The translations under genes were made by a program, and so were the position numbers. The notes under the pieces are model-generated. The model was not told where the DNA came from and made no database searches. It saw nothing but the letters and a program-made list of their open reading frames with translations. Shown piece after piece: positions 13,628 to 31,035 of a stretch of 64,000 nt of DNA. How positions within the stretch are numbered: the first letter of the stretch is position 1; each line of letters starts with the position of its first letter. Source of the stretch: the human T2T-CHM13v2.0 reference genome, Homo sapiens. The stretch is taken from the NCBI RefSeq assembly GCF_009914755.1, contig NC_060934.1. One strand, given 5' to 3'.

Positions 13628-16600
13628 TCGAAGTGATTTTAAATATTTGAATTGATTACATTTTGGAATCAAGAAATTGCAGCCATTTTCAGTTTTCGTT
13701 TTTGTCTTCTTCAGTTCTCTAGATAGCTTGACCCATTAGCCTTAGTGAAAGGGCAGCCCTGCAGAGAACTAAAAACATGGATTCCAGCATCAGAAGGCTT
13801 GTGTTTTAATCCTCACTCCAATACTCATTGTTACCTGATTATGAGACATTTGTGTATTGTTTTATTGTGGATCTTATCCCCCTATTAATTGGTGCTGATA
13901 ATGCTTACACCCCAGATTATCATGTGATTGCAACCTTGCAATGTGGCTGAAACCACACCGTTTTCAGTTTCAAAAATAAAACATATTGGATTGCAAGCAA
14001 GTGAGAATGAAAATAGACAAGCATAACCATACACACACATTTTAAAGCATTGTACATTTAACAGATTCCTTATTATATGGTGTTCAATTGTCATAATAGA
14101 GCCAAATTAGCATATTTTATTAGCATTCACTTTGGAGTTCTGCTGAGATACGTGATTACAGCAATTTGAAGGTCAAGAGGCAGAAATCCAAACACGTCAG
14201 TATCCTATAGTCACCCAAAGGCTCCAGTTTTTGCTTCCTTAATCTTTGTAACGGGAATAGCCACTCACACCCTGGAGAGTGTTGCCCAACTCAGAACAAC
14301 AGCTAGAGTGGAGCTGACCCAAACCTTATCCAACACTGTGGCTATGTTTACACCTACCTGGCAGCCACCGGTATCCAACGGAAAGAGCTGAGAACTTCCA
14401 ATCCCATTCTGCCTTCTCCATGCCAAATTCTGCTAACGATATTCTCTGTGGTCCAAGAGACATCATTTCTTGCATTTGTGACGTTCTTATTGATCATGAA
14501 ACTCAAAGATCAGCAGTATACCTATGTAGATACAATTTTGAGTTTATCTTTGTTTCTTTATTAAAAGTCCCTGGTTTTCTCAATATAGAGTCATTGGTGA
14601 GTTCCAGCTTTCTGCCCAAGGAAGAGACTACTATATAAATACTGAACTTCAAAAAGACTAATTAGCAAACCAAGTGCAAATTGAGCCCAATAATTATATC
14701 ATTCTCTTTGCTTAACTTTCGCTATAAATATTTTATTTTATGCATTTTTATGAGCTTATATCTAAAGTATGAAACTGAAATAACTGTCAGGATCGAAAGA
14801 AGAAAATGTGACAAATATTCTTCAAAGCCACATCCATATACCAATGCTCTGTAGACTTTCACCAGTGTTTTTAAGCTAAAATTTAAATGAAATTGTATTT
14901 GTCTGAGTTTCCCAAATTAGGTTATTGTGTCTATTTATGACAGGCAGTTCCTGTCATGTAATATGATTACATGGGCTTTATCAGATGTGACACATTGGAT
15001 GATTTATATGATGTGTCAGCCAGAAAGATACAAAGGAAGATAATTTCCTGTAATTACTTTTAAAAGAATTTTGAAAATGGATTTTAAATAAATAGTATGT
15101 AACTTGTATTTGAAGTAATTTTTAAATATCATTCCAAGACATTACTGAGAATGAAATAATCAAAGAGGCAGCCTGTTAACTAGCCTTTTCTAATGGAGTA
15201 AAACAATGAGTTTTAATTTTGAGTTTAAATAAACACATTGCTTGTTGTGCCATCTTCTGATGGTGTGGTATTAGTAGGTGCAACTTTGGAATTTCTCAAT
15301 GCTCACCCAGCAGAGAGATGTTTTGCTGTATCTCTCATTGTTTTGGTTATGCCATTCATTGTTTGTTCAAAACCTTAACTCATTTTTGCTCTTTGCTTTG
15401 CTGTTCATTTCCTACCCAAATCCTTCACACTTTTCACAGCCACGAGAAAAAAGGTTATTGCCCAAAAGCCCTTCCCGACCGTATTTATCTCTATGAATCC
15501 CTGTCTTTTGAATAAATCCCTAGCCCTCAGGACCTCTGCCAGTGTTTTCAAGTGGCTCTTTTGAATCCCTGGGACTACCACTGTGCGTCACAGCTAGCCC
15601 TGTACGTAGTGGACTTCCCATAATCGTATATTATTTATTGCCATGACACGGAGCAACTTGCCCCAGACTGTTCCCTGACTTTTCCCAGTCTTTCTTCCTT
15701 TTGACATGGTGACTTATTTCATTTTAGTGGTTTATTTCACAACAGATCTGACATAAATTCAGCATGGCAGAGGGAGAAAACAACAGGTCTTCAAAATCTC
15801 TGAGGTATGGGCCTGTGTTTAGATATCAGGTCATCCATCTATTTTCTGAAGAATGTGGATTCCTATATGGGGATCATTTCCTTTATCTGTAAAGTGGGAC
15901 TCATAGTACTTGCCTCATTAGCTGGCCAGCACATTAGCTGGCCAAGGCTCTGTCTTTTTGCTAACTTCTGTAATGCCAGGATCTTGCATTTAGCACATTA
16001 CCAGATGCAGTGGGTGCTCAAAAGTCTCTGTTGAATAAAATAGCTGGGGTATGATTTTCACTTCCATCCTTAACATTCTTAACTGTAATTCAGACTTCTT
16101 ACGTGGCTACAATGCCTGAGTCAACATTTTGCCCAGTTCAATTGACTGCCCAAAGGCTCTACCAATCAAAACTAGCTTTGATTTATCAAATCAAAGTTTT
16201 GACTTATCAAAACTTAACTAAGTTATTAAGTTCCTAGATTTTTTTCTGTGCATTTACATTGTCTTCCAATGAAATTATAATTTCTTGTTACTCATAATCC
16301 ATATCTTTTACTGTTTAGGCATTCACATTTGTCAATGGCACAGAGATTAGCACATAGTAAATGTTTATGGTTTATTGACTAATTAATGTAATGCACAGAT
16401 ATGTTTCAGAAAAAAAATCCTTTTGATCTATACAGGTGTTAAAAAGGGAAAGAAAATTGCTAAATTGCTATTTCTGTGTTGTGTGTTTCATAAGGGCAAG
16501 GGCTGTGTCCTGTTGTTCATCATCATTTCTCAGGGTCCCAGAGTCTCAGGCACTTGGCACATACTATGCCATCAAGGATAGATGAGTGAATAGTTTTATG

Positions 16601-17236
16601 GAAATTAAGGATTATTGTTCATAATTTTGATGGATAATATCTTCCCTAATATCAGAGTAGCTGTCATCAAATGGTTTGTCAGAAATTTCCCTGCCCTCAA
16701 AAGGCCAGAATGGCTTGAAAAGTCATTTCCAGTAAGTTGACCATGGGGAAATCGAGGCTTGGTTGTTGGATGACTATAGTTTATATTCACTGGGTAGTTT
16801 ATAGACCCACTATAGCTCTCTATGTGTGTGGGTGGATGTGAGGGTTTCTTACAAGGCAGTCTTTTCTAAGTTGGTTCCAACACCAGAAAATTCTTTGAAG
16901 CCAAAAATAATTTCTTTCCAGTTTATGCCTTCTTAATCCACATAACAGGAATTCTAAAGAATCTCATCAAGTAACTGATATATGCAACAAAATAAGATCA
17001 TTTTAAGACACCACTAATCTGACAACATCCTTAGTAGGACAACACGTTTTTACCAAAATTGAAAGCTTCTTGTAAATATGAAGCCATCTTAAGAGATGAG
17101 CGGATGGCAAAGCTTGGGACCTATAGACACCTGGGAAGGATCTTCCAAGCTCAAGTGGGAGATGTGTTTTAGAGATCAATGGTCAACTCTCCCATGTGCT
17201 AATGTTCAGAATCTCCCAGAAGCTCTTCACTTACAG

Positions 17237-17557
17237 CAGTGGCCCCATGACCTTTTTGGCAGTAGGGACCAGTTTCATGGAAGACAATTTTTTTCATGGA
17301 CTCGGGGGATGGTTTGGGATGGAACTGTTCCACCTCAGATCATCAGGCATTAGATTCTCATAAGGCATGTGCAACCTAGATCCCTTGCAAGTGCAATTTA
17401 CAGTAGGGTTTGTGCTCCTATGAGAATCTAATGCTGTTGCTGATTTGACAGGAGGCAGAGTTCAGGTGGTAATGCTCTCTTCTCCCTGCTGTGCCACCCA
17501 GTTTCTAACAGGCCACAGACTAGTACCGGTCCACGGGCCAGGGGCTGGGGACCTCTG
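17237..17557 (-). mobile_element. MER1B (hAT-Charlie non-autonomous DNA transposon)
   Basis: 321 bp matching MER1B (GGCATTAGATTCTCATAAGG, CCTATGAGAATCTAATGC); CAG...CTG termini; 8-bp TSD ACTTACAG/ACTTAAAG. Confidence 0.93.
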
Positions 17558-18596
17558 ACTTAAAGTAAAAATATGTGAAAATTGTTTCTTAAGAGAAAAA
17601 TAATTTCTTCTAAGAAAGGATAATTTCTGCATCATATGAAGAAAGACCTGTTTTTATTAACGTGTTAATTACATTATTGTTACTAAAAGACCATATGTAC
17701 AATATTTAACTTGATTTTTTCACGATGGTTGTGAAATATATTATCATGCTGAACTTGGACATCTCTATGTAGTAAGAAGGGCCTACATAGAACATAGAGG
17801 CTCTTCTTTGGGTTTTGTTTGTGACATGTCTGAGCTCTTCCATGGCTGACCCACTATTAAACAGAATACTGGGACGTGCTTTTGTCTAATTGTAAGGGTG
17901 TATAAATGCAGTCATCTTAAAAGCATTCTACACACCCTTGCTAAAAGAGGCCTGCATTAGTACACAGGAATGTTCATTTTATTTATTCAACCTTCGAGTT
18001 CCTTATTAGCAGTTGTAGAAAAGTAAAGATTTATTCGTTAGTAAAATCCAAAGACTCCATTTACCAAATTTTTATTCTTTACTTTAATGAAATTTGTCTG
18101 TAGGGCTTTTAAAATTCATTTATAAAGTTGGAACTATATTCAGCTCTGCTGTCTTAGAGATAGATGGCCACATTATTACTTGTCTGTCAAATATAAGTAG
18201 GGCTGTTAATAACTGAGAGACAACTAAGAAAACTACCAAACATGGGTGTTTCCTTTGCAGGAAATTGCAATTCTAACCCCTGCATTCCTCTTGGAATCAA
18301 TTACCTGACTGCAAGTATTACGAAGTCACTTACTTTTATAGTTAGGGGCACAAGACCTAAGTTAGTGTTCTTCAAAACATCGCCTCTAAGAAGGCAAGTG
18401 AAGCTGAAGACTATAAACATGAAGAGGATGTGAACACGACACCTGAAGCAGGGTGACGCCAGCCCATTCTGTCCACTCCATAAGGATAGCCCTTGTTCCA
18501 TTCGGTCCAGTATACATATTTCCACATGATGCTGAGATTGGGGCAGCAGTCAAAGAAGTGAAGAACTGCAGGGTGTTGTAAAAAGATCAGACTTAT

Positions 18597-19018
<422 letters not shown>

Positions 19019-20384
19019 TTAGACTACATTAAAAAAGGATTTTCCAGACTAGACAGTCCAATTTTTAAAATATGTATATATAGGTGCAACTAAATCCCTA
19101 TTTTAGCTATCTTCACCCTTCTATCTTAGGGTAAACCAATGAGTCAATACAACCCTACAATTTCCCAAATGTGAATTGGAGACACACTATCCAAGAATAA
19201 GCAACATCTATGAAAACTGCTGAGACATGTTATCAGTTAATATGCATGTGGTAGGCACCCTTCCTGCTGCAGTAGATACAACAGTAATGTGTAGAAAGGA
19301 CATCTGAAACATTACTTAGTGTTATGAAGATCATTTGGATCTCCAAGAAAAGGGAAGTCATTATGGATTGGTTGCCACAGCAAAGAGTTCGTGCAAAAGT
19401 GAAACCGGAGTTAGCCCCTGAAGATGAGTGTTGAATGCAGACAGATTGACAAGGATGCTGAAGAATTTAGTAACACTTGAATTGTGTATTCGATCCAAAA
19501 AAAGATGACTCATCACGAAAAAAATTAACATTTTTTTTTCATTTCATTTTAAAGAACGATACTCGGCTTGTTTTAAAATCTTCCTTTTAAGTCTTTTTCT
19601 TCTGGTTCATTTTCAGATATTGGGTATTTCAAGACTTTACTTGTGAGAAAATCAGCAATAATATGTTCATTTATTTTCATAAACTAAAGAAGATAGCACT
19701 GACACCTGGAAACGTTATTTTTTTTTTCACTTGGGAGGAAAACATTGTTAGTCTTTGGCAATATGTGATTATGGATGTGATTTGGTAGAGTGGCTGACAT
19801 GTCATCCACATTGATTCTTTTGTGAACATGTTTCAGTTTGTAGCTTCTATGTGATGACAATTTCACTTACCTACATCACAGGCCAGGGGAGGGTAATGTA
19901 CAACTATGTCCTCACTGCTTAGTGTGCCCTCAGAATTGAGAAGCTGCTTGGCTAAGAAAAGCTGAGAGCTTCAGGAACAAGAATCCTGGTGCTGAGACAA
20001 CGTCTTATTTTCCTTTAACGTTCCACATTGTGGCAGAGTTTTACAGAATCTGTTTGGGAGCAGAGGAAAGGTCATGCCAGAAGAATAATTGCAGATTTTC
20101 ATGTAATTCTTAAATGTATGATCTCTGTGTTTGGTAAAAGAGAGAAAACCACCCTGTCAGCCTATGATCCTGAGAAGTATTATATGAAGCAAGCTTTAGC
20201 TGGCATTGGTAGAAAAAAATACGCTAAGGGTGCAAAGTCTCCTCTGGCATAAAATCTCTTTTGTCCTTTAAGAATTTAAAGAATATCCAATCATAACTGA
20301 TTTTTATCCATTTTCATCAATTATTGAGTTGTTATCCAGTGCTAACATGACTGATTAAAGTAGACACTTTCAAGCACATTAGGG

Positions 20385-20595
20385 AGGCAATATAGCTTCA
20401 TGGTTAAGAATGCTGGCTTTTAAAATTTAGACATGGTTTAAGTCCACTCTCTTATTGATTTAAGGTGTAACCTTGAACAAATTGCTTAAACTCTCTGGCT
20501 GTCCTGGTTCTCATCTGAAAAATGAGACGAGAATAATATCTATCCTATAAGATTGTCTTGGAAATCATATATAATATTTTCACATAATGCCAAGA
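20385..20595 (+). mobile_element. MIR
   Basis: AGGCAATATAGCTTCATGGTTAAGAATGCTGGCTTT...GTAACCTTGAACAAATTGCTTAAACTCTCTG...CTCATCTGAAAAATGAG. Confidence 0.75.
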
Positions 20596-20874
20596 AGGAA
20601 GGCTTTGTTTTACCAATTATTCGTTGATCTCAAACAATATGAGAACAGGATGTAGGTGTGTTTCTTTGCAAATACATTCAAGAGCTCTTTCTCTTCCTTT
20701 CTCACTGAGAGGACAATGGGCACAATGAGGGAAGTACAGGCCACCCAGGGGACCAGATGCTATTATTGTCCTCGTTCACATGCAATAGAGCACATGAGTC
20801 TTGGATGATACAATTTGACTACAGCTCTTTTAGAAACCATGGAGTTTAAGTTATCTCTTGATTTTCTGGTATGT

Positions 20875-21214
20875 TCTTTACGAAGAACAAAGCTTTGTTA
20901 GCTCATGGTTCCGGATCCTGGGAAGTCCAAGACTGAGGAGCTGGCATCTGGTGAGAGCTTTCTTACTAAGTCATCCCATGGCAGAAGGGCAAAGAGAGGA
21001 TGAGAAAAAGAAGGGGTTGAACTTGTCCTTTTATAAGGAACTTACTCCTGTGATAACAAGCCTACCCCTGCAATGATGGCATTATTCCGTTCATGAAGAT
21101 GACGGTGCTCCCTTGACCCCAAAACCTCCTATCAGGTCATGCCTCCCAACACGGCTGCACTGGAGATTGAGTTTCCAACACATGTGCTTTGGGAGAAACG
21201 TTCAAACCATAGCA
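20875..21214. mobile_element. MaLR LTR (MSTD/MLT1A-like)
   Basis: CTGGGAAGTCCAAGACTGAGG...GGCATCTGGTGAG...GTTTCCAACACATG...TTCAAACCATAGCA. Confidence 0.85.
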
Positions 21215-21964
21215 GTTATTATGAGAATCTCTGCTCAACTGGGGTTCAGCAGAGAATTTTTCCTAATTTCTACCAGATTTAGGTTATGGGGTGAATACAT
21301 TTGAATATCTAATTCTGTTCTTCTTGTTACTGACTTCATCATCAGCTAAGTATTCTGTTTCAACCTTGTTACAACGATAAGATTTTAAAATGCAGTCCAC
21401 TGAGGCACATAATTTTCACTTGCGTTTCATCATGTTCATACATAATGGATATGTCTTTATATCCGTGTTGATTTGCTTGGGAATGCACTGACTCACATCT
21501 TCACAAAAAGGCCAAAATACTTAAAGAGGTCAACAAAAAACTATGTTTCTTGGACAGGATTTATACTGAATCATCATCATATATCACTACATGAAATCAT
21601 GTCATTAGTGTTTTTCAGCTAATTGAACTATAATCTACTTTAAGAAAATACAATACCAATACAACAGCTGGTCAAGGCAGGGACCTGAAGAGCTGCAAGT
21701 CCTTTGCAATCTATATTTACCTTTCAGCTCTCTGCACTGTTTCTGAACACATTTTCAATAATGCAAAATTAGGACCTTAGCCTCTGTGCTCAGAATTAAT
21801 CAGTTCATAATACAGTATTTTATTTACTAATTATTACACATTTCTATTTTGCTCAAGTTGATCAAATCCCTATAAATTTATCATCAGACCATGGCTGCTA
21901 GAATTCTAGTAATCAGGGAAAGCCTGTGTCCTTGTCACAGAGCACAGTGCCATAAGACTCAGAA

Positions 21965-22236
21965 TTTCTTTTTTTTTTTTTTTGATGGGGAGAGACAGGG
22001 TCTCACTCTGTCACCCGGCTGGAGTGCACTGGTGCAATCTCAGCTCTCGCCTCCCAGGCTCAAGTGATTCTCATGCCTCAGCCTCCCAAGTAGCTGGGAC
22101 CACAGGTGAGTGCCACCATGCCCAGCTAATTTTTGTATTTTTTAAGGAGGGGTTTTATCCACGTTGGCCAGGCTGGTCTCGAACTCCTGGCCTCTCAAAG
22201 TGCTATAATTACAGGCTTAAGTCACCACGGCCGGCC
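21965..22236 (-). mobile_element. Old Alu with internal deletions
   Basis: Antisense Alu blocks; flanks CAGAATTT. Confidence 0.9.
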
Positions 22237-23006
22237 AGAATTTAACTTTGTAACTTAAAATTCACAATTTACTTTTTATGAAGAATTTCTCATTTTTATA
22301 ACTATATTGAACAAAGATAAAAGTATTTTTTTTCTGTTAACCACTTAAAATTTTAAGGCTCAAAATATATATTGAATATTATTTTCTAAAACATGTAAAA
22401 ATAATTTCTTTTAACTGAGGGGCTTAAAAAGATTTTAAACTATTTTTTGATAACTCAATTGACCATTATTATGAAGAAGTTTTTTAAATTATCTGTCAAC
22501 ATGATTTATTTACTTATTTATTTTTCGATTTGCCCCTCTCTTGCCTTGCTGGAAACCATTGCTTTTCTTCTAAGAGTTTTCCTAACATAAGTACTTTAAT
22601 TTAAAACAGCTTCTATAGATTGCTGCTTCTGGTCAGCTGTTAAAAACAAAAAACAAAAACAAAGCCTAGATAATAGCAGCAGACAACAACATCTATGTTA
22701 CAGATTGTGTTGAAAATTATATACAATATTTGCACGCAATGCAAGAAGTCCTTTGTTTAACCAGTTATTGGTTGGTCTCAAAAGTAGCTGGTGGGTACTG
22801 TAAAATCTGTTACTTTTTAAGGGGATTTTTTAAATCTTTTAAAGTCAGTTGGTTTATTCCTCTTTTGTGACTGCTGTGTTTGCAACTCTACAGACAAGAG
22901 AAAAACACTACTCAGTTAAAAAGTAATTTATTTGTAGTAAAAATAGAGCACTAGATTTAGTTGGGAAGTAGAGAAAGCTGAAATTATTGATTAAAATGTG
23001 AGAATT

Positions 23007-23323
<317 letters not shown>

Positions 23324-25065
23324 TTAATATCATTTAATCCATTAGCTAAAAGTTAACACATTAAAATAAAAAAAATCTGAATGAAGGCTGGGCTTTAATT
23401 AAAAAAATAAAAAGATATTTCTTTGTTTAAACCATTTGTTTTACTAATTAACCAGGCAAAAGTAATAATTAGAGACTTAACAAACTAAGAAAGAAAGCTT
23501 TGAAAAGTCATAAAAAGCAAATATTTAAAACTGTTTTAATGACCAGAGGTGAAAAAGTGCACAGAAACTGTCATTCTCCATTATTGTTGGTGTCAGCAAA
23601 AATTGGCTTGACTCCTTTGGAAAACCATTTGAGTTATAAAAATAAATAACTTCTCTGATTCAGTAATCCTATTTCTGGGAATTTGTCCAATGAAAATAAT
23701 TCAAATGAAGGCAAAATCCACTCAAACAAAAGTAATATTTGTTATATCATGAATTTAAGAGTAAAATCTGAGAAGATGATAAATATACACAATAAAAAAT
23801 AAGTAAATAAATGATGGAGCAGGTACTAAGTGGAATATTATGCTCTGATTCAAGAAATGGAAGATATCCAATACAGAATGCTTATGGAAAGCTCGTGTGT
23901 TTCTTCAAATTCAAGACAGCATCTTGAGAACATGTAATTATTTCCTCTCTTCCCTAAAATCCCACTTAAGTAATGGTATGGAAGTACAAAGAAATATATT
24001 TGTAAAAGGCAGGTCACTAATATTGATAAATATCTAGACCACTGAAAACATTTGGAGTCATTTATAAATACATCGGAGTTAACAATAGCCTGAAATGTGC
24101 ATGGAAAGAGCATTAGAGGAGGCGCAAGACACAGTCTTCTGACGTGTCCTTTGGGACACCCTGATCTTTTTAATAAAAGTATGGAAAATGAGGATAAGAA
24201 GGGGGGCAGAGATCAATATCATTAATTGCAAAACTGCCAATAGAAGAGCTGTGGGAATCTTTTCACACAGAGACATGCCTCTCCTCACCACCTCCTCCAC
24301 CCCCAACAGCTTTTTGATCATGGCTCTTTTCTCAAAGTTAAATGTGCTGTGCACCCCCATTGAACATGGGAAGAATTAGGATTGCCCAGAGTCAAACCTT
24401 CCTCATTCTGTCAAGGATGGAGATGAGAGGAGCCAGTCTTCCTTCCTGCTTCCCACATGTGTACTGCAGGCTGAAATGTTCCTGTCACCAAAGCTTGCCT
24501 GGGTATGCAAAGGTAATAGTCAACTCACTTACTCAAGGGAGGACTGGTGGAGAAACAGGCTTCCATGGTTGCAGAAGAAATTCTGAGAAGCCTTTGATAA
24601 TTTATCTAGTCCTTCATTCATAAATATAAGCAAACAACCAAGGATCACCAGATAAGAAGAAAACACTAGTACCTGCCCCCTAAAATGGCAAGAATGAGGA
24701 AATAATACAAAATATTAAAGGAACAGAAAAGATTTTAAATGGTTTCCAATTAGTATCCTGAGAGAAATTTAAGAAAGTAATTCTTCTATAAAATAAGAGC
24801 AGACTATCACTAAAAAGGAATTTAAAAGTTCTAAAATAATTCTGGAAAGATTTTAAAATGTGAAAGTTCATATTTAAAAAATGTTTAACTTACCATGATT
24901 GATTTTTCTGATACTTGTTGTAATTAAAGGCTTTTTCTGAAGCAGTTTTAAATTTACATAAATACTGAGCAATAGTATAGAGTGTTTTAATATAAACCTT
25001 CATCCCAATAACAGAAAGCATATTTGAAAAAACCTAGTTTACCTGGAGATTAAAAACATGCTTCT

Positions 25066-25400
<335 letters not shown>

Positions 25401-25459
25401 TTATCCATCTTATCTATAGGTGAAAGAAGTCTCTCAAGAACTAATAAAATAAAGACACG

Positions 25460-26000
25460 ACTGCTCTCAATTTGTGGGATGCAGTTAAAGCAGTACTCGG
25501 GGCAATTTGTAGCAGTAAATGCATCTATTAAAAAAGAAGATAAATCTAAAATGAATAATCAAATTTCTACCTTAGGAAATTAGAAAACAAAAACAAATCC
25601 AAAGTAAGCTAAAGAAAAGAATTAATAAAATTAGAGCAGAAATCAATGAAACTGAAAGCATAAAATCATTAGAGAAAATCAATAAAATTAAAGCTGATTC
25701 TTTGAGAAGATAAATAAAATTGATATGAGAAACTTCTAGCCAGGTTAACTGAGAGAAAAAGAGAAAAGATCCAAATTACAAACATCAGAAATGAAAGAGG
25801 GGCCATCTCTTCTTAAAAGGAGAACAAACAAGTGCTATGAACAATTCTTTCCCCACAAATGTAATAATATAGGTGAAATGGACCATTTCTTTGACAGATA
25901 CAATCATACAAGGAGAAGTAGACAATCTGATTAGGCCTATAAATTTTTAAATAAATAAAATCAATAATTAATAAACTTTCAATCAGTAATTAATATCCTG
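25460..26000 (+). mobile_element. L1M ORF2 fragment (after the endonuclease domain)
   Basis: AATTTGTGGGATGCAGTTAAAGCAGTACT...AGAGCAGAAATCAATGAAACTGAAA...GAAATGGACCATTTCTTGAC. Confidence 0.85.
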
Positions 26001-26009
26001 GACAGAAAT

Positions 26010-28020
<2,011 letters not shown>

Positions 28021-29079
28021 AGAGAGTTTCTGGGTGGACTTTTGGAATTTGTAATACAACGTATTTCAGAAATTGGAAAAAATAAAATTGCATTGAAGAG
28101 ATTGAAGATATTGTCAAATGAATCTCTCATATTTTGGACAAAGAGGTAAAGAAATGTAAAATAGAATAGAATCAGCCAATAAATGAGTCAATACTGATCT
28201 AGTTCAAGAAAGGAGAAAACTTGGGAAATGGAAAAAGCTAACAAAATAGAGTAGAATTTTCTAGAGCTGCAGAAAGGCATTGGTCTTTAAACTGTGCTGA
28301 TTTGACAATTAAAAAGGACTGACACAAAGAAGAACTTAGAAAGTTTTTAGCACACCAAGAATAACTGACCTATCTTAGAAGCTTCCAGAAAGAGAAGATT
28401 AAATTTCCATTACTTATAAAAGAAAACTCAGATTGATGTAGTTTCTGATTTCTCATCAGCAACAGTGAAGGACTTTCTTCAGCAATCCTTTCTGCTAGAA
28501 GTCTGTAGAAATTCGTGTCGCGGTTCTAAGGGTAAACCACTGAACCCAGAGTTCTATAATCTCAAGAATCATTTGAGAGGGTAAAAAATGATGCATCTCA
28601 TTTGAGATTATAAAAGGATATGGCTATTGCAAGAATATCAAAAAATAATTGTGGCCAGGCATAAGGCAATAAGAATCAGCAGCACCTGGAGGAAACTAAA
28701 GAATGTACAGGCCCCACTAAAGAAAGTTAAGGTCTAGAAAACAACATGAAACCCAAATCAGAAGACCTAGATATACCTGTAGGTCACCAGCAGGTGACCT
28801 ACACCCATGTGGTGGTGTAAAACAAGAATCAACTGCAAAACAAAACAACCAAAACATCTGAAAATGAAGAGTAAATAGAATTCAAGAAATCATAGATTTA
28901 ATCAAAGAATGAAAGAAAATAAATTTTAGAATTCAACTGTATAGCAGGCTGAGAAAACAACTGGGTCATACTAGGGTGTAAAATAAAAAGGCCCCAAGGA
29001 AATTACGTGGAAGCGCAACCCCTAAAATAAATAGTGCAAACTTACGGATAAAGTGAACAAACATATTGCTGTTGTCAAA

Positions 29080-29945
29080 GAATAAGAAAGAGAAGAAGAA
29101 AGAGAAAGAGAGAGAGAAACAGAGAGGAAATGGAAGGAAGGAAGGAAGGAGGGAGGGAGGGAAGAAGGGAGGAAAAGAAAGAAAGAAAAAAATAGGAAGG
29201 AAGGAGAAAGAAAGATAGCAAGAAAGAAAGAAAAGAAGGAAGGAAGGAAGGAAGGAAGGAAGACAGAGAGAGAAAGAAAGAAGGAGGGAGGAAGGAAGGA
29301 AGGAGAAAGACAGAGAGAGAAAGAAAGAAGGAGGGAGGAAGGAAGGAAGGAAGGAAGACAGAGAGAGAAAGAAAGAAGGAGGGAGGAAGGAAGGAAGGAA
29401 GGAAGACAGAGAGAGAAAGAAAGAAGGAGGGAGGAAGGAAGGAAGGAGAAAGACAGAGAGAGAAAGAAAGAAGGAGGGAGGAAGGAAGGAAGGAAGGAAG
29501 ACAGAGAGAGAAAGAAAGAAGGAGGGAGGAAGGAAGGAAGGAAGGAAGACAGAGAGAGAAAGAAAGAAGGAGGGAGGAAGGAAGGAAGGAGAAAGACAGA
29601 GAGAGAAAGAAAGAAGGAGGGAGGAAGGAAGGAAGGAAGGAAGACAGAGAGAGAAAGAAAGAAGGAGGGAGGAAGGAAGGAAGGAGAAAGACAGAGAGAG
29701 AGAGGAAGGAAGGAAAAAGGGAGGGAGGGAGACAATGAGAAAGAAAGAAAGAGGGAGGGAGGAAGAAAGGAAGGAGAGAGAGAAATAAAGAAAGATGGAG
29801 GGAGAGAGGAAGGAAGGAAGGAGAGAGAGAGAAAGAAAGAGAAAGAAAGGAAGGAAGGAAGAAAGAAAGAGGGAGGGAGAAAGGGAGGGAGGAAAGAAGA
29901 AAGGAAGGAAGGAAGGAAGGATGGGAGGGAGGGAGGAAAAAGAAA
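29080..29945. repeat. About 860-bp polypurine (GA-rich) tract with a 47/48-bp minisatellite core
   Basis: GACAGAGAGAGAAAGAAAGAAGGAGGGAGGAAGG... units start at 29262, 29309, 29357, 29405, 29452, 29500, 29548, 29595, 29643, with a partial unit at 29690. Confidence 0.97.
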
Positions 29946-30972
29946 TTTACAACAAATTTTAGGCACAATAACATCTATACAAGGAAAATCAGAGTCTAAA
30001 TATCAAACAAAGTTAAATGTCGCATGGACTTTGGTTAATTATGAAACTTTCTGATCTCGGTGCTTGAATGTTGTCTTTATAGTGTCACGGGCTCGATGGT
30101 TACAAAATGGCACAATTCCTAAGTACCCAGTAGAGACAGAATGGATTTGTGCTTGATGGTGCTTGTGCCTGGGGCAGGTGGGCCACCTGGGAGTGAGGAG
30201 AGGAGTTGAGTTTTACATCTGGGTTGACACAGGGTAAATCAGAGGCATTGGTGCAAGATCTAAAGGTAGAAAAGCTCATGAGGAGACTAGACCTCTGTGA
30301 TGGTACTGAGAGGTTCCCAAGGGCCAGAGGTCCCCAGGGATATAAATATACACAGATAAAATTTTTCTAGATAAATATGCTATTTGGTTTGCTATGGTTG
30401 TGGAACTATGAGGTTTTCCTAGCTTTCTCTTCTGTGGTTATGTAACTTTATAAAAAAAGGACTTTATAATTAAAAATGGAACAGATTATTCTAGACTTTA
30501 AGAAATAATTGACCAAAGTTAATTACCATGTTTATAACAGCCACACCTGCTGTATCATGTGGTTGCCAAGAATGATCTTAAAAATATAAAGATGCATCTG
30601 CTACCATGACTTGATAGAAGTGGCTTGGAAGCCTGCAGGTTAGTGACATCACTCCACTTCGTGAGCTCTTCGATGAGAGGTGGGTTGGCTGGAGGTGGGT
30701 TTATTCCCTGGAGGAACTTTCGTGCTGAGATGAGGACTAAACGCCTTTTCTTGCTCCTTCTTGATCACCAGATCTATCACAATAGTAGCCAGGCAAAGCA
30801 TAAATCCTGTTTTTTCCCCACATTGAATATACATTGCCACATAGATTTCAGATTAAAAGTTTCTTGGTCTTCAGAAAGATAAAGGAACATCAGCAAACAA
30901 ATCTAATCTCTACCTTTCTCTTGGGCTTACAAAGAATTTTAAAAAGAGATTGATTAGATAGATAAATATAGA

Positions 30973-30974
<2 letters not shown>

Positions 30975-31008
<34 letters not shown>

Positions 31009-31035
31009 TGTGTGTGTGTGTGTGAGAGTGTGTGT
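30975..31035. repeat. (TA)n(TG)n compound microsatellite
   Basis: Directly visible. Confidence 0.95.

Noticed and set aside
29022-29974. Two ORFs of about 300 aa
   Set aside because: F/L/P/S-only translations of the GA-rich repeat.
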